This document shows, piece after piece, positions 1-9,100 of a stretch of 52,565 bases of DNA. The notes below the pieces were generated by a model that was not told the origin of the DNA, made no database searches, and saw only the letters and a program-made list of their open reading frames with translations. This stretch comes from a virus (Duplodnaviria > Caudoviricetes): IMG/VR virus record IMGVR_UViG_3300005662_000060, positions 1 through 52,565 of that record; one strand, written 5' to 3'. Position numbers and translations under genes: made by a program. Within the stretch, counting starts at the first letter, position 1; each line of letters opens with the position of its first letter.

Positions 1-2
1 TC

Positions 3-2945
3 AATGAAGTGATCGAGAACAGTCCTTACGCAAACGACATTGCGGATCTGATTGGTGGTCAAGGCATTATCAGCAATGTGATCTACAGCAATACTCGATT
101 CAACAATCGATTCTTTCGCTTCAGCCTTCCAAGGATCAATACGATCAAAGGCAATACCGGAGAAAGAGGCACTTCAAGATACGCTCGTCTTGCTTTGGCC
201 CCGAATAAGCTCGCTCATGTTCATTTCAGCATCCTGCCCAAGAAGGGTGAGGCTGGTGCCGAAGGTCTTATCCGGCTCATTAGCAATGTCAAGTTCAATC
301 CAAACGGACTGGCTCGTCTTGGTTTCGTAAAGGGAGAAGATGGAATTCTCAGGCCAAATCTTTCTTTAGTTCCCAAGGGTCCACTTCGAGTTTACTCACG
401 AGTCAATCGAGCTTCCAAGTACAAGTCGATCATTGCTGATGAGTGGGCAGAGATTCCAACTGGAGTTTTTGACGATGTCGGAGAGCAGATCATTGAGCGG
501 CTTGAGTGGAGAAAGATTGGCAAGACCCAGCAAAGAGTTTTGAATATTGACGCGGGTCGAGTCAACTCAGTCACAACAGAGATTCGTCTGATCACCAAGT
601 GGTCTCCGATCAGCGACATGATGTGGTACAAGTTCCGCGTCAATCTCAAAGAGTTTGGCATCAAGAAGATCTCAGATCTCAAGAACATCAGTATCTACGA
701 CTTCCGAGTTTGGGTTGCTGAGAACCCAGATCGTTTCACTTGGCTCAGTGCCGGGGTCAAGCTGAGACTAAAGGGTGGGAATCTTTTCGACTTCTCCAGG
801 AGCATTCGAATTGATCCGACAACGCAGTATCGCATCCGAAACGTCGAGAAGAATCTTGACGCTCTGACTTCTATTTTCACAGACGGAATTAGAAGTCGAC
901 CACCAGAGCTAGTCAAGAGGATGGAAGACTTCAAGACTTTCTTCCGGAGGTCATACGACGGAGGTGATCTACTCAGCACGAAAACGTGGACTTCTTTTGA
1001 TCGAGCGATGCTTCAGCAAGAGTATTTCGATGCCGTTGAGGCTGGAGATTCTCAAAGGGTCAAATTCATCGAAAAAATTTTGAGCGCCAATCCACTGCCT
1101 GCTGAGGCAGCTCGACCGCGCAAGTACACAGACATCGAGCTTCTGGTTTTGCTCGCAGACGAGCTTGGTCCTGACGAAACTCTCGATATCATGTCTCTTA
1201 TCGACCGCAGAAACATCTCGCTGTTTGGTCTCGGTGGTGGTACAGAGACGAGGGGGCTCGCAGAAGTTCCCTCAATTGCAGAGATAATGAATCGCAAGGG
1301 TGTTCTTGTTGACTACGTCAGGGATCAAGGGCTGAATGCTTGGGAGTCATATCTAAGACTCAAGTATTTTTGGAATGAATTTGATCTGCCTCAGGAGCGA
1401 CAGGCTCTAATCGACATCATCGATGCCACCCTTGAGAAAGACCCAAAGATTCAAGAGCTCTCTAGACTTTCAACCCACAGCCCTTGGCAGCTTGCTCAAA
1501 CTCAATGGATCATGGTCAAAAAAGACGTTGAGTCTCGACTTGAGCAGCTCACTGATTACTTGGTGACAATGAAGAGATCTGGTATTCAGCCAGATCGTCT
1601 TGGAGACGTCGAAGACATCGACGAAATCATTGACATCCAAGAGATCATGTCAAACCCAAAGAGTTTGATTGATGCCATCATCTCTGGCCGTGTAAATCCA
1701 GAAGACCTAGGTCGTCTTCAGGACGATCTTTATTGGTATCAGAAGCCAGACATCATCATTGCTGCCATCGAGGCAGACCCCAAGATGATTGCAAGAGACC
1801 TCGCCTCAAAGGTTCCCTCATTTGAAGATGTCAGAGATTCTATGATCATTCAGTTGCAATTGATCTGGCGTCAGTATTACGAGGCTGTTCCAGAAAGCGT
1901 ACAGACAAGAGTTCTTGACCGCATCAGAAATAACAGACTTTTCTCAGAGTTGGCTGAAACTGCTGAGACAATTCGTGAAGTTCAGGTCGGAACGCCTCGG
2001 CTTTACTTGAAGCCGAGCAGCGCAGTTACCAGCTCGGGCCTAGTGCGGGATGATTTTCTGGAGAATATCTCCGGCAGTCAGTTGGTCAAGAGCGGAAAAG
2101 GACAGAAGGTCTCATATGAACCTAGATCTTCTTCTAGTATTCTTGGCTTCAGGTTCGGACCTATTCTTGATGCTCGAGACGAAGACGAGATTGTAGAGGT
2201 CATCATTGATGGCCCGAGCAGGCAAAAAATCAGGGGCAAGAGCATCAAGCTCGTAGGCGACTACGAAGTCACTGGTAACTTCATCTACTCCTCTGAAGAC
2301 TTGGGTTTCCCAGAAGACCTGCCGACCAAGTCAGACGGATCAACTTTCTCGAGGGTAAGAAAGATCTACATCCGACAGCTCGGTCAGTCAACTGAGTCTC
2401 CAGAAGATTTGGTCAATGCCCTTGCTAGCGAAGAAGTGATAACTGGAAGTACTCGACAAGCCCAGAGATACTCGACGTTGAGCAGGGCTTTCCCTTGGGA
2501 GATTGATGCGCTCACTGACCTCATCAAGAATCCTATTGCGTATCTTTCAGAGCGAGCTAAAGATTCTGCCGCTGTTGTTAGAATCAAGCAAATGATCGAC
2601 AGCTCAGATCCATTGAATTTCAAGTTGTATCGAGAGCTATCTCCTGAGAAGGCAGACAGTTTGCTTGATAAGGTGGATCAGAAAGAAGTATTCCTCAAAG
2701 AGACATTGGGCATTTGGAGATCTACAAGCTCTGAGGCGATTAGTGAAGTCGCAACAGATACTCCAAGAGTGATCGTTGTTCTGACCAATGCGAGAGCGAT
2801 CAATCTATCCCCCATGCAAGAAGAATTCAGTGGAGCGGTCGACTTCTTGTCTTCTGGAAGGTACAAGTTCGTTCAGAGGCTAGACGATGTTCGTGACAAC
2901 ACGATCTATCTTTACTTCAACTACTCAGGGAGAATCGTTGACTGA
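3..2945 (+). CDS. Large putative virion/head-associated protein, 5'-truncated, with a C-terminal ADP-ribosyltransferase-like domain
   Basis: Frame is open from the window edge (at least 978 aa) and lies just upstream of head-tail genes. The C-terminus has LYR...STS...FSGAVDFL motifs resembling R-S-E clade ARTs. Confidence 0.55.
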   Translation, partial: NEVIENSPYANDIADLIGGQGIISNVIYSNTRFNNRFFRFSLPRINTIKGNTGERGTSRYARLALAPNKLAHVHFSILPKKGEAGAEGLIRLISNVKFNPNGLARLGFVKGEDGILRPNLSLVPKGPLRVYSRVNRASKYKSIIADEWAEIPTGVFDDVGEQIIERLEWRKIGKTQQRVLNIDAGRVNSVTTEIRLITKWSPISDMMWYKFRVNLKEFGIKKISDLKNISIYDFRVWVAENPDRFTWLSAGVKLRLKGGNLFDFSRSIRIDPTTQYRIRNVEKNLDALTSIFTDGIRSRPPELVKRMEDFKTFFRRSYDGGDLLSTKTWTSFDRAMLQQEYFDAVEAGDSQRVKFIEKILSANPLPAEAARPRKYTDIELLVLLADELGPDETLDIMSLIDRRNISLFGLGGGTETRGLAEVPSIAEIMNRKGVLVDYVRDQGLNAWESYLRLKYFWNEFDLPQERQALIDIIDATLEKDPKIQELSRLSTHSPWQLAQTQWIMVKKDVESRLEQLTDYLVTMKRSGIQPDRLGDVEDIDEIIDIQEIMSNPKSLIDAIISGRVNPEDLGRLQDDLYWYQKPDIIIAAIEADPKMIARDLASKVPSFEDVRDSMIIQLQLIWRQYYEAVPESVQTRVLDRIRNNRLFSELAETAETIREVQVGTPRLYLKPSSAVTSSGLVRDDFLENISGSQLVKSGKGQKVSYEPRSSSSILGFRFGPILDARDEDEIVEVIIDGPSRQKIRGKSIKLVGDYEVTGNFIYSSEDLGFPEDLPTKSDGSTFSRVRKIYIRQLGQSTESPEDLVNALASEEVITGSTRQAQRYSTLSRAFPWEIDALTDLIKNPIAYLSERAKDSAAVVRIKQMIDSSDPLNFKLYRELSPEKADSLLDKVDQKEVFLKETLGIWRSTSSEAISEVATDTPRVIVVLTNARAINLSPMQEEFSGAVDFLSSGRYKFVQRLDDVRDNTIYLYFNYSGRIVD

Positions 2946-2949
2946 CCAG

Positions 2950-3291
2950 ATGAATTTCTCAATCAAAACTGACGAGACTGGAAGAGCTTCTCTAGTTTCT
3001 ATGAACGGAGAAGACATCACTGATTTCGTCAGGGGCATTACTGTAGTTGCAGCCAGTAATGAAATGACCATCGTCGGCATTGAGTTCGTTAGGGCCAGAG
3101 TTGAGGTGAGTGGACCAGCCATGCTTCAGCAGCTCGTAGCGAATACTGGAACAACTGCCGCTCAGGCAGTTATGAACCTAGACTGGAACCAAGTAGAGTC
3201 TGAAGCCCTTGAAGAGCTCGGAATGGGAGAGAGCATCACCCAAGCTCTCATGAGCAAAGTCGTGGAGAAGCTCAATGGCACTGAACCTTGA
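2950..3291 (+). CDS. Hypothetical protein
   Basis: ATG at 2950 just after the upstream stop (MNFSIKTDE...); packs tightly with the next gene. Confidence 0.7.
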   Translation: MNFSIKTDETGRASLVSMNGEDITDFVRGITVVAASNEMTIVGIEFVRARVEVSGPAMLQQLVANTGTTAAQAVMNLDWNQVESEALEELGMGESITQALMSKVVEKLNGTEP

Positions 3292-3709
3292 TGGCGTGGC
3301 TAAGTTCGTAGAGACACTCATGATTGATGAGTGCATGATCGTTCGCAGAGGACGACAAGAAGACTCAATCTCTGCGAACTGGAATGAATCCACTGGCACT
3401 TACAGCAAGAGGGTCAACGAGGAAGCTGTCTACGAGGGCAAGTGCATGGTTTACACTCGCAGAACAGATGCTCAGTCGACCAAAGAAGCTGGCCAAGACA
3501 TTTTCATGCAGCAGAAGTACGTTTCACTGCCTCGAGACGCAGAGATCGAGCTGAAGCCAGAAGACGAGCTGACGATCACAGACATCCACGCCGGAGGCGA
3601 TGAGACTTTGATCGGCAAAACTTTCATCGTTGAGGCAATGGATCAAGGAACTTACTACGCAACTCGAGAGGTTGCTCTCATGGACAGAAACAGCAGGTCT
3701 AGAACATGA
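3275..3709 (+). CDS. Head-to-tail adaptor/stopper (DUF6093-like)
   Basis: MIDECMIVRR...VYEGKC pattern, size and position before HK97-gp10-like and terminator genes. Confidence 0.7.
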   Translation: MALNLDGVAKFVETLMIDECMIVRRGRQEDSISANWNESTGTYSKRVNEEAVYEGKCMVYTRRTDAQSTKEAGQDIFMQQKYVSLPRDAEIELKPEDELTITDIHAGGDETLIGKTFIVEAMDQGTYYATREVALMDRNSRSRT

Positions 3710-4113
3710 GCGGCATCTCCATCAGTTTTATTGTTGAGGGAGACAACAAGCTGCTGACGAGAATCAGGCGAGTCATCAAGTACTCTGCCTCTGATTCGTC
3801 AAGGATTACTCAAGAATATGGAGAGCGACTGCTAGAGCAGGTTCGGCAGAACGCGAGTGGTCGTCCCGGACCCAACGTCATCACTGGGCAGTATCGGTCA
3901 AGCATCAACATCACAGACCGTAGCAAGTGGTCAGTGACAGTCGGAACCAATGCAGTACAAGCCATGCGTTTGGAGTATGGATTCGTTGGAGTTGACGCTA
4001 TCGGAAGGTCTTACAATCAAGGACCATTCCCACACTTCAGACCGGCAGCAGAGCAGATTGGTCCAGAGTATCTTGAAGAGATGAAGCAGGCCGTGAGGAG
4101 CTGGTGGCGATGA
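3706..4113 (+). CDS. HK97 gp10-like tail completion/neck protein
   Basis: RPGPNVITGQYRSSI, RLEYG and PFPHFRPA motifs; ATGA overlap with the upstream gene. Confidence 0.8.
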   Translation: MSGISISFIVEGDNKLLTRIRRVIKYSASDSSRITQEYGERLLEQVRQNASGRPGPNVITGQYRSSINITDRSKWSVTVGTNAVQAMRLEYGFVGVDAIGRSYNQGPFPHFRPAAEQIGPEYLEEMKQAVRSWWR

Positions 4114-4484
4114 CGGCTAGTTACAATCTTGACCAAGCGGTTGTTTCTGTAGTTTCTTCAGCCACGGGCAAGCAGGTCGGACTAGCTGCGGTGCCTGCTG
4201 AGTATCCGCAAACTCCATACGCCATCGTGGATCCTTCTTCCAAGAGCGTTCCAACTGGAGACATGGCAAGTCTCGTTTCCAATAGAGACTACAAGTACGT
4301 CATCAGGTGTTACGGTGAAGACCCAAGACAGGTCAGGTGGATGGAAGACAAGATCGAATCTGCTATGATCTCTTCTGCAAGTACCTTCGGCGCTCAATGG
4401 GTGTTGCCAGAGTCTTCTGGTGCTATTGTTCCCGATGGTTCCGAACTGTACTCAAGCGTGAGTACTTTCTGCGTGAGGATGTGA
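4110..4484 (+). CDS. Tail terminator protein
   Basis: PYAIV motif, about 125 aa, between the gp10-like gene and the major tail gene. Confidence 0.7.
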   Translation: MTASYNLDQAVVSVVSSATGKQVGLAAVPAEYPQTPYAIVDPSSKSVPTGDMASLVSNRDYKYVIRCYGEDPRQVRWMEDKIESAMISSASTFGAQWVLPESSGAIVPDGSELYSSVSTFCVRM

Positions 4485-4486
4485 AC

Positions 4487-4699
4487 ATGGCAGAGCAAGA
4501 ATGGGTCTGGATCTCGCATCCGGACGTGACCGAACCAGCGCAGGTCACCCTTGCATCTCTTGAAGAGGTGTGGTCAGAGCAGGGCTGGACTGAGTGTGAT
4601 GCCCCAGTCGTAAATGACGAGGAAGTCAGCTCGGATGCAAATCCGTCTCCAAACCTTTTCGACTTCGAAGAGGATGATCTCCAAGAGGAGGGCAACTGA
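4487..4699 (+). CDS. Small acidic hypothetical protein
   Basis: ATG 4487 after GAGGA; MAEQEWVWISHP...; TGATG coupling to the major tail gene. Confidence 0.65.
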   Translation: MAEQEWVWISHPDVTEPAQVTLASLEEVWSEQGWTECDAPVVNDEEVSSDANPSPNLFDFEEDDLQEEGN

Positions 4700-5172
4700 T
4701 GCCACGCTTTATGCGAAAGGGAACTACGAAGGTTTTCTTCGTTCCCACCATCACCAACAAGACCGCACCGACCGCCGCAGAGATTACGGCTGGTACGAAC
4801 TTGACCGGACAGATCGCTGAGATGTCTGGCTTCACGTTCTCCAACAGCCCGATCCAGACGCCTGACATGTCCACGAAGTTCGTGTCTCAGATTCCTGGTG
4901 AAGACAGCACTGAGGACTCGAGCATCACGTTCTACGAGGACAAGAGCAGCAACCCGATCCGAACGGCTCTGGCCAAGGACACCAACGGCTACGTCGTCAT
5001 CTTTTCTGGCGGTACTGCTGGTGCCAACCCTGCTGCTTCCGACAAGTGCGAGGTGTGGCCGGTGACCGTTTCGTCCAACGCCCGTCGTTTCTCGGCTGGC
5101 AATGAGGCGGCTCAGTACGAGGTGAAGTTCGCCACTACTGCCGAGCCCGCTCAGGACGCTACTGTCGCCTGA
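4699..5172 (+). CDS. Major tail (tube) protein
   Basis: 157 aa, FVPTI..APTAAEI.AG pattern typical of actinophage tail tube proteins; RBS GAGGAGG; precedes the chaperone and tape measure genes. Confidence 0.85.
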   Translation: MPRFMRKGTTKVFFVPTITNKTAPTAAEITAGTNLTGQIAEMSGFTFSNSPIQTPDMSTKFVSQIPGEDSTEDSSITFYEDKSSNPIRTALAKDTNGYVVIFSGGTAGANPAASDKCEVWPVTVSSNARRFSAGNEAAQYEVKFATTAEPAQDATVA

Positions 5173-5219
5173 TAGTTCTTTACTGGTAGAACCGCTGTCA
5201 AGACATCTAAGGAGCCTCA

Positions 5220-5774
5220 ATGTCTAAGTCAGATGCCAAGGTGCCTCTCGACCATCTCCGATCCATGAAGAAGCCCGTCACTAAGTCGGTGCGAATCTCA
5301 ACGGATCAGGAGGTGGCCGAGAGGTACCAGAAGGCAAGGTCAGACTGTGACCTCGCCAAGATGGCTTACGAGTCGAATCCTCGTAGCGAAAAGAACATCT
5401 CGGCATACAGCGAAGCTAAGAGCTCTCTTGAAGAAGCTGAGGATGAGCTTCGAGAGAACAGCATTCTCTTCAGGTTCCGCAGTGTCGGTCGTCGCAAGTA
5501 CGACGAGCTCATCAAGGCCCATCCGATCACTGATGAGCAGCGAGAGGAAGCCAAGGCGCAAAACGATGGGGAAGATCCAGGTATCGAATGGAACTTCGAG
5601 ACTTTCCCTGATGCTCTGATCTCTGAGTGTATCGTGGAGCCAAACATTTCTCCAGCAGAGATGATGGAGTGGCTTCAGACAGATGACTGGAACACCGCTG
5701 AGCAGCAGGCTCTTTTCCAGGCAGCTTTTCAGGCCAACACGATGCGGTCTGTCGTGGAAATGGGAAAAGGCTAA
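5220..5774 (+). CDS. Tail assembly chaperone (gpG-like)
   Basis: Between major tail and tape measure genes; RBS AAGGAG; ends at a slippery heptamer. Confidence 0.85.
   Translation: MSKSDAKVPLDHLRSMKKPVTKSVRISTDQEVAERYQKARSDCDLAKMAYESNPRSEKNISAYSEAKSSLEEAEDELRENSILFRFRSVGRRKYDELIKAHPITDEQREEAKAQNDGEDPGIEWNFETFPDALISECIVEPNISPAEMMEWLQTDDWNTAEQQALFQAAFQANTMRSVVEMGKG
5762..5768 (+). other. Programmed -1 ribosomal frameshift site G GGA AAA
   Basis: X XXY YYZ heptamer in frame, one codon before the stop. The -1 frame is open to 6103 (RLRRDPQLALEIEYC...). Confidence 0.85.
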
Positions 5775-6103
5775 GGCGAGACCCACAGCTCGCTTTAGAG
5801 ATTGAATACTGCGCTGACAAGGGCATTCCACACAGCAGATTCTTGGCTTGGGATGCAGACGATCAAGATCTAGCTCTCGCTTGGCTGATCGACAAAAGCT
5901 CAAGATGCCCCAAGTGCGGAACATACAGTGACGACTGGATTGATGACGAAGGTCGTGCTTCTGAACCTCCGCCGTACTATGTTGAGACACACCGTTGCTA
6001 CGGATGCGTCGCCATAGATGACGCACTGGAAGAAGTCGAACCTGACCAGAGGATGAGCATAACGACTAAGTTTGTTCGTCATCAATCTGGGGAAGCAACT
6101 TGA
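5762..6103 (+). CDS. Frameshift extension of the tail assembly chaperone (gpGT-like)
   Basis: The -1 frame includes the tracked ORF 5843..6103 with CPKC and CYGC pairs and abuts the tape measure start. Confidence 0.8.
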   Translation, partial: GKRLRRDPQLALEIEYCADKGIPHSRFLAWDADDQDLALAWLIDKSSRCPKCGTYSDDWIDDEGRASEPPPYYVETHRCYGCVAIDDALEEVEPDQRMSITTKFVRHQSGEAT

Positions 6104-9100
6104 ACGATTACATCAAGATCGTACTGCAAGCAGATCCCTCAGGAATGATCTCTGGCTTCCAGCAAGCCGAAGGTGCAATAGCAAAGCTAGTTTCAGCCAC
6201 TCAGAGTGCCGGTCGTGCTCTTCAGGCTGGCGGACAGATGTGGGATAAATTTGCCCAGTCTGTTCAGAGCGCAGGTCGAAAGACGATGGCTCAGGGAATC
6301 GCTATGGGCGTTTCTCTTGGAGCTGCTGTAAAGAAAGCCTCAGACTTTCAGGTTCAGATGACGAACGTTCAGTCTCTGACCAAGGCTTCTGACTACAGCA
6401 TGAAGGCTCAGTCTGATGCTATTCTCGGAATGTCAGAGAAGCTTCCTCAGTCTGCGACCAATCTTGCCACTGGTCTCTACGACATCGCTTCTTCTGGCTA
6501 CGCAGGGGCAGATGGACTAGCGATTCTAGAAGCTTCAGCCACAGCAGCTTCAGCAGGTCTCACCACCACAGAGGTCGCGAGCAATGCGATCGTTACTGCC
6601 CTGAACGCTTACGGCCTTGAAGCGAAAGATGCCGCAGACATCTCAGACATTCTTTTCCAGGGTGTCAACGTCGGCGTCATGACCTTCGAACAGCTCGCGG
6701 GATCCATGGGTGACTGGGTGGGTATGGCGGCTCAGGTGGGTGTGACTGCCGACGAGGGCACCGCAGCCATCGCAGCCATGACCCTAGCTGGCATCAGTGC
6801 TGGCGAAGCTGGAACTTATCTCTCAAGAATGATGCAGGAGTTCTTGCAGCCTTCTGAGAAGATGACCGCCAAGGTCAAGGACATGGGCTACAGCAGCGCC
6901 AAGTCTTTGCTCGACGCTAAGGGTCTTGGCGGAGCGATCCTAGAGCTCAACAAGGCCACCGGGGGCAACGCAGAAGAGTTCAGTAATCTTTTCGGGAGCA
7001 TTCAGGCTCTGCGTGGCGCACTCGCGATCACGAGTAACGAGGGTGCCAACTACGCGAGAGTTGCCGGGGCCATTACTGACAAGACCAAGCGTGCAGGGGC
7101 AGCTCAAGACGTCTACGCCGTGCAGTCTCAAACGCTTTCTGTTCAGTGGCAGTTGTTGAGAAATGCTCTGGGCAACTTCGCAATTCAGATCGGAACCCCA
7201 CTACTTGCTCCTCTCGCAACTCTGATGGGGTGGCTTGCGAAGTTCTTGAACTTCGTCACCAATATCGGCTCAAGCTTCTCGGGCGTCATGGCAGGCCTCG
7301 GAGCGTTCGGTTCTGTTTTCCTAACCATCACTGGCGGCATCGCTGCATTCTTCCCGCAGCTTGTCGCAGCTCGTGTTGCCATGATGGGTTTCAGAGGTGC
7401 TCTGGCACTTTTCAATGGGGCATCTGCTGGCGCAGGCATCACTAGCCTTCTGGCAAATCTTGGAGGAAGGTTCCCAAGAATTACAGCAATGCTCGTCGGT
7501 TTTGGAAACGCCCTCAAAGCAGCCCTCAGCATTGACATCTTGCAAAAGGGTTTCACTGCCGTGAAGGCGGGTCTAGCAACCGTTGCCAGTGGCATCGGTC
7601 AATATGTGACCGGGAATTTGAGTGCCGGTGCTCTTGCTGGCAAGGCCGGAAGCAAGTTGATGGGCGGAGCCAAGGGTATGGTCAGTACTCTTGGAAGCGG
7701 AGTGATGACCGCCCTGACTAGTGGAATTGGACTGGCAACTATCGCTCTGGCCGCATCTGTCGCGATGGCAGCGAATCTGGTCAACACTCTCAATCAGGCA
7801 CGAGATGCTGGTCGAGAAGCTGGAGAGACGATCAAAGCAAGCCTGAGCGACGACAGCTTCGGGGACACTCGATCTTCTATCAGCAAGATCAACTCAGAGC
7901 TCGAAGCTTCAGACAAGAGACTTGCTGAATTGGGCATGGCTCCTGGTCCGATGGGCAAGAAGGGTGACGGCCTTTGGGAATCTGGCTATGGTCTTGGCGG
8001 AGCTGAAGCCGCCAAGTGGGCTTTCCTGGACTGGCTTCCTTTCAGCAATTTTGGCGACAAGGGAAAGCGAACCATCGAAGAGCGTGAGCTTCAGCGTCAG
8101 ATCATTGACGAGAGAGATCGTCTTGAGAGTCGGCAGAAAGATATTGAATCTTTGGCTGCGCTGGCAGGAGCTCAAGCTTCGGGAGCCAAGAGTTACGTCA
8201 ACTCGACGATGGACTTTATTGACCGTCCTGGATTTGAACTTTCCGCTGAAGCTGCCGGTGGCAATCGGGTTCCGCTCGCTCAGATGCTTCTGGATCCATC
8301 CGAGTCTGCGGCCAAGATCTGGATCAGAGACAACATCGATCCGATTGCCAAGTCAATTGGAACTTCTCGCGAAGGATTGCTTTTCCAATTTGACACAGCA
8401 ATGAAAACCGTAGGCGTCTCAGTTGATGACCTTCTGAATCCAGACACTGCTCAGGGAGCTTTCAACGAAGTTAGCAACATGCTGGGGCGTTTGTCTGGAA
8501 AGTCTGTGAGCCAGCAAGGATCAATCAATGCCTTCGAGCAGATCAAGCAAGCTGCCGGTGACGCTACGACTCAGATTGAGAAGCTGAACAATGCTCTGAA
8601 GTTTGCAGTTCAGCAGAGCCTCGGACCAGAGATGGCCAAGGACCAGCTAGAAGGCATGGTGAATAGCACCATGCAGGCTGTTGACAAGATCAAGGAGAAT
8701 GGAAATCTCTCCGAGGCGATGGATTTTGGCAACTTCAGCGAAGACGCTCTTAGCTTGCGCGGCCAGTGGCAGCAGATCGTTCAGGGTTTGGTTGACGAGA
8801 CTACCGCTTGGGCGAGCAGTCAAGAGTCAGTAACCGGAGTTCAGATCGCTCAGCACCTTCAGGGGCAAATCGACGCGATCAGGACATATGGCGCTGAGAT
8901 GGGTTTGAGCACAGAATTCGTTGAGAGATACGTCACGGCGCTGCAACAGGCGATCACAAATGGCGATGTTGTGACTAGTTTCGTCACAAATGTTGACGAA
9001 GCTCAGGGCCAAGTAAAGGCTTATCTCACGACTATCGGAAGAACTCCAGAACAGATCGACACTATCGTCAACCTTCTCAATGCAGACATCAGCATTGACG

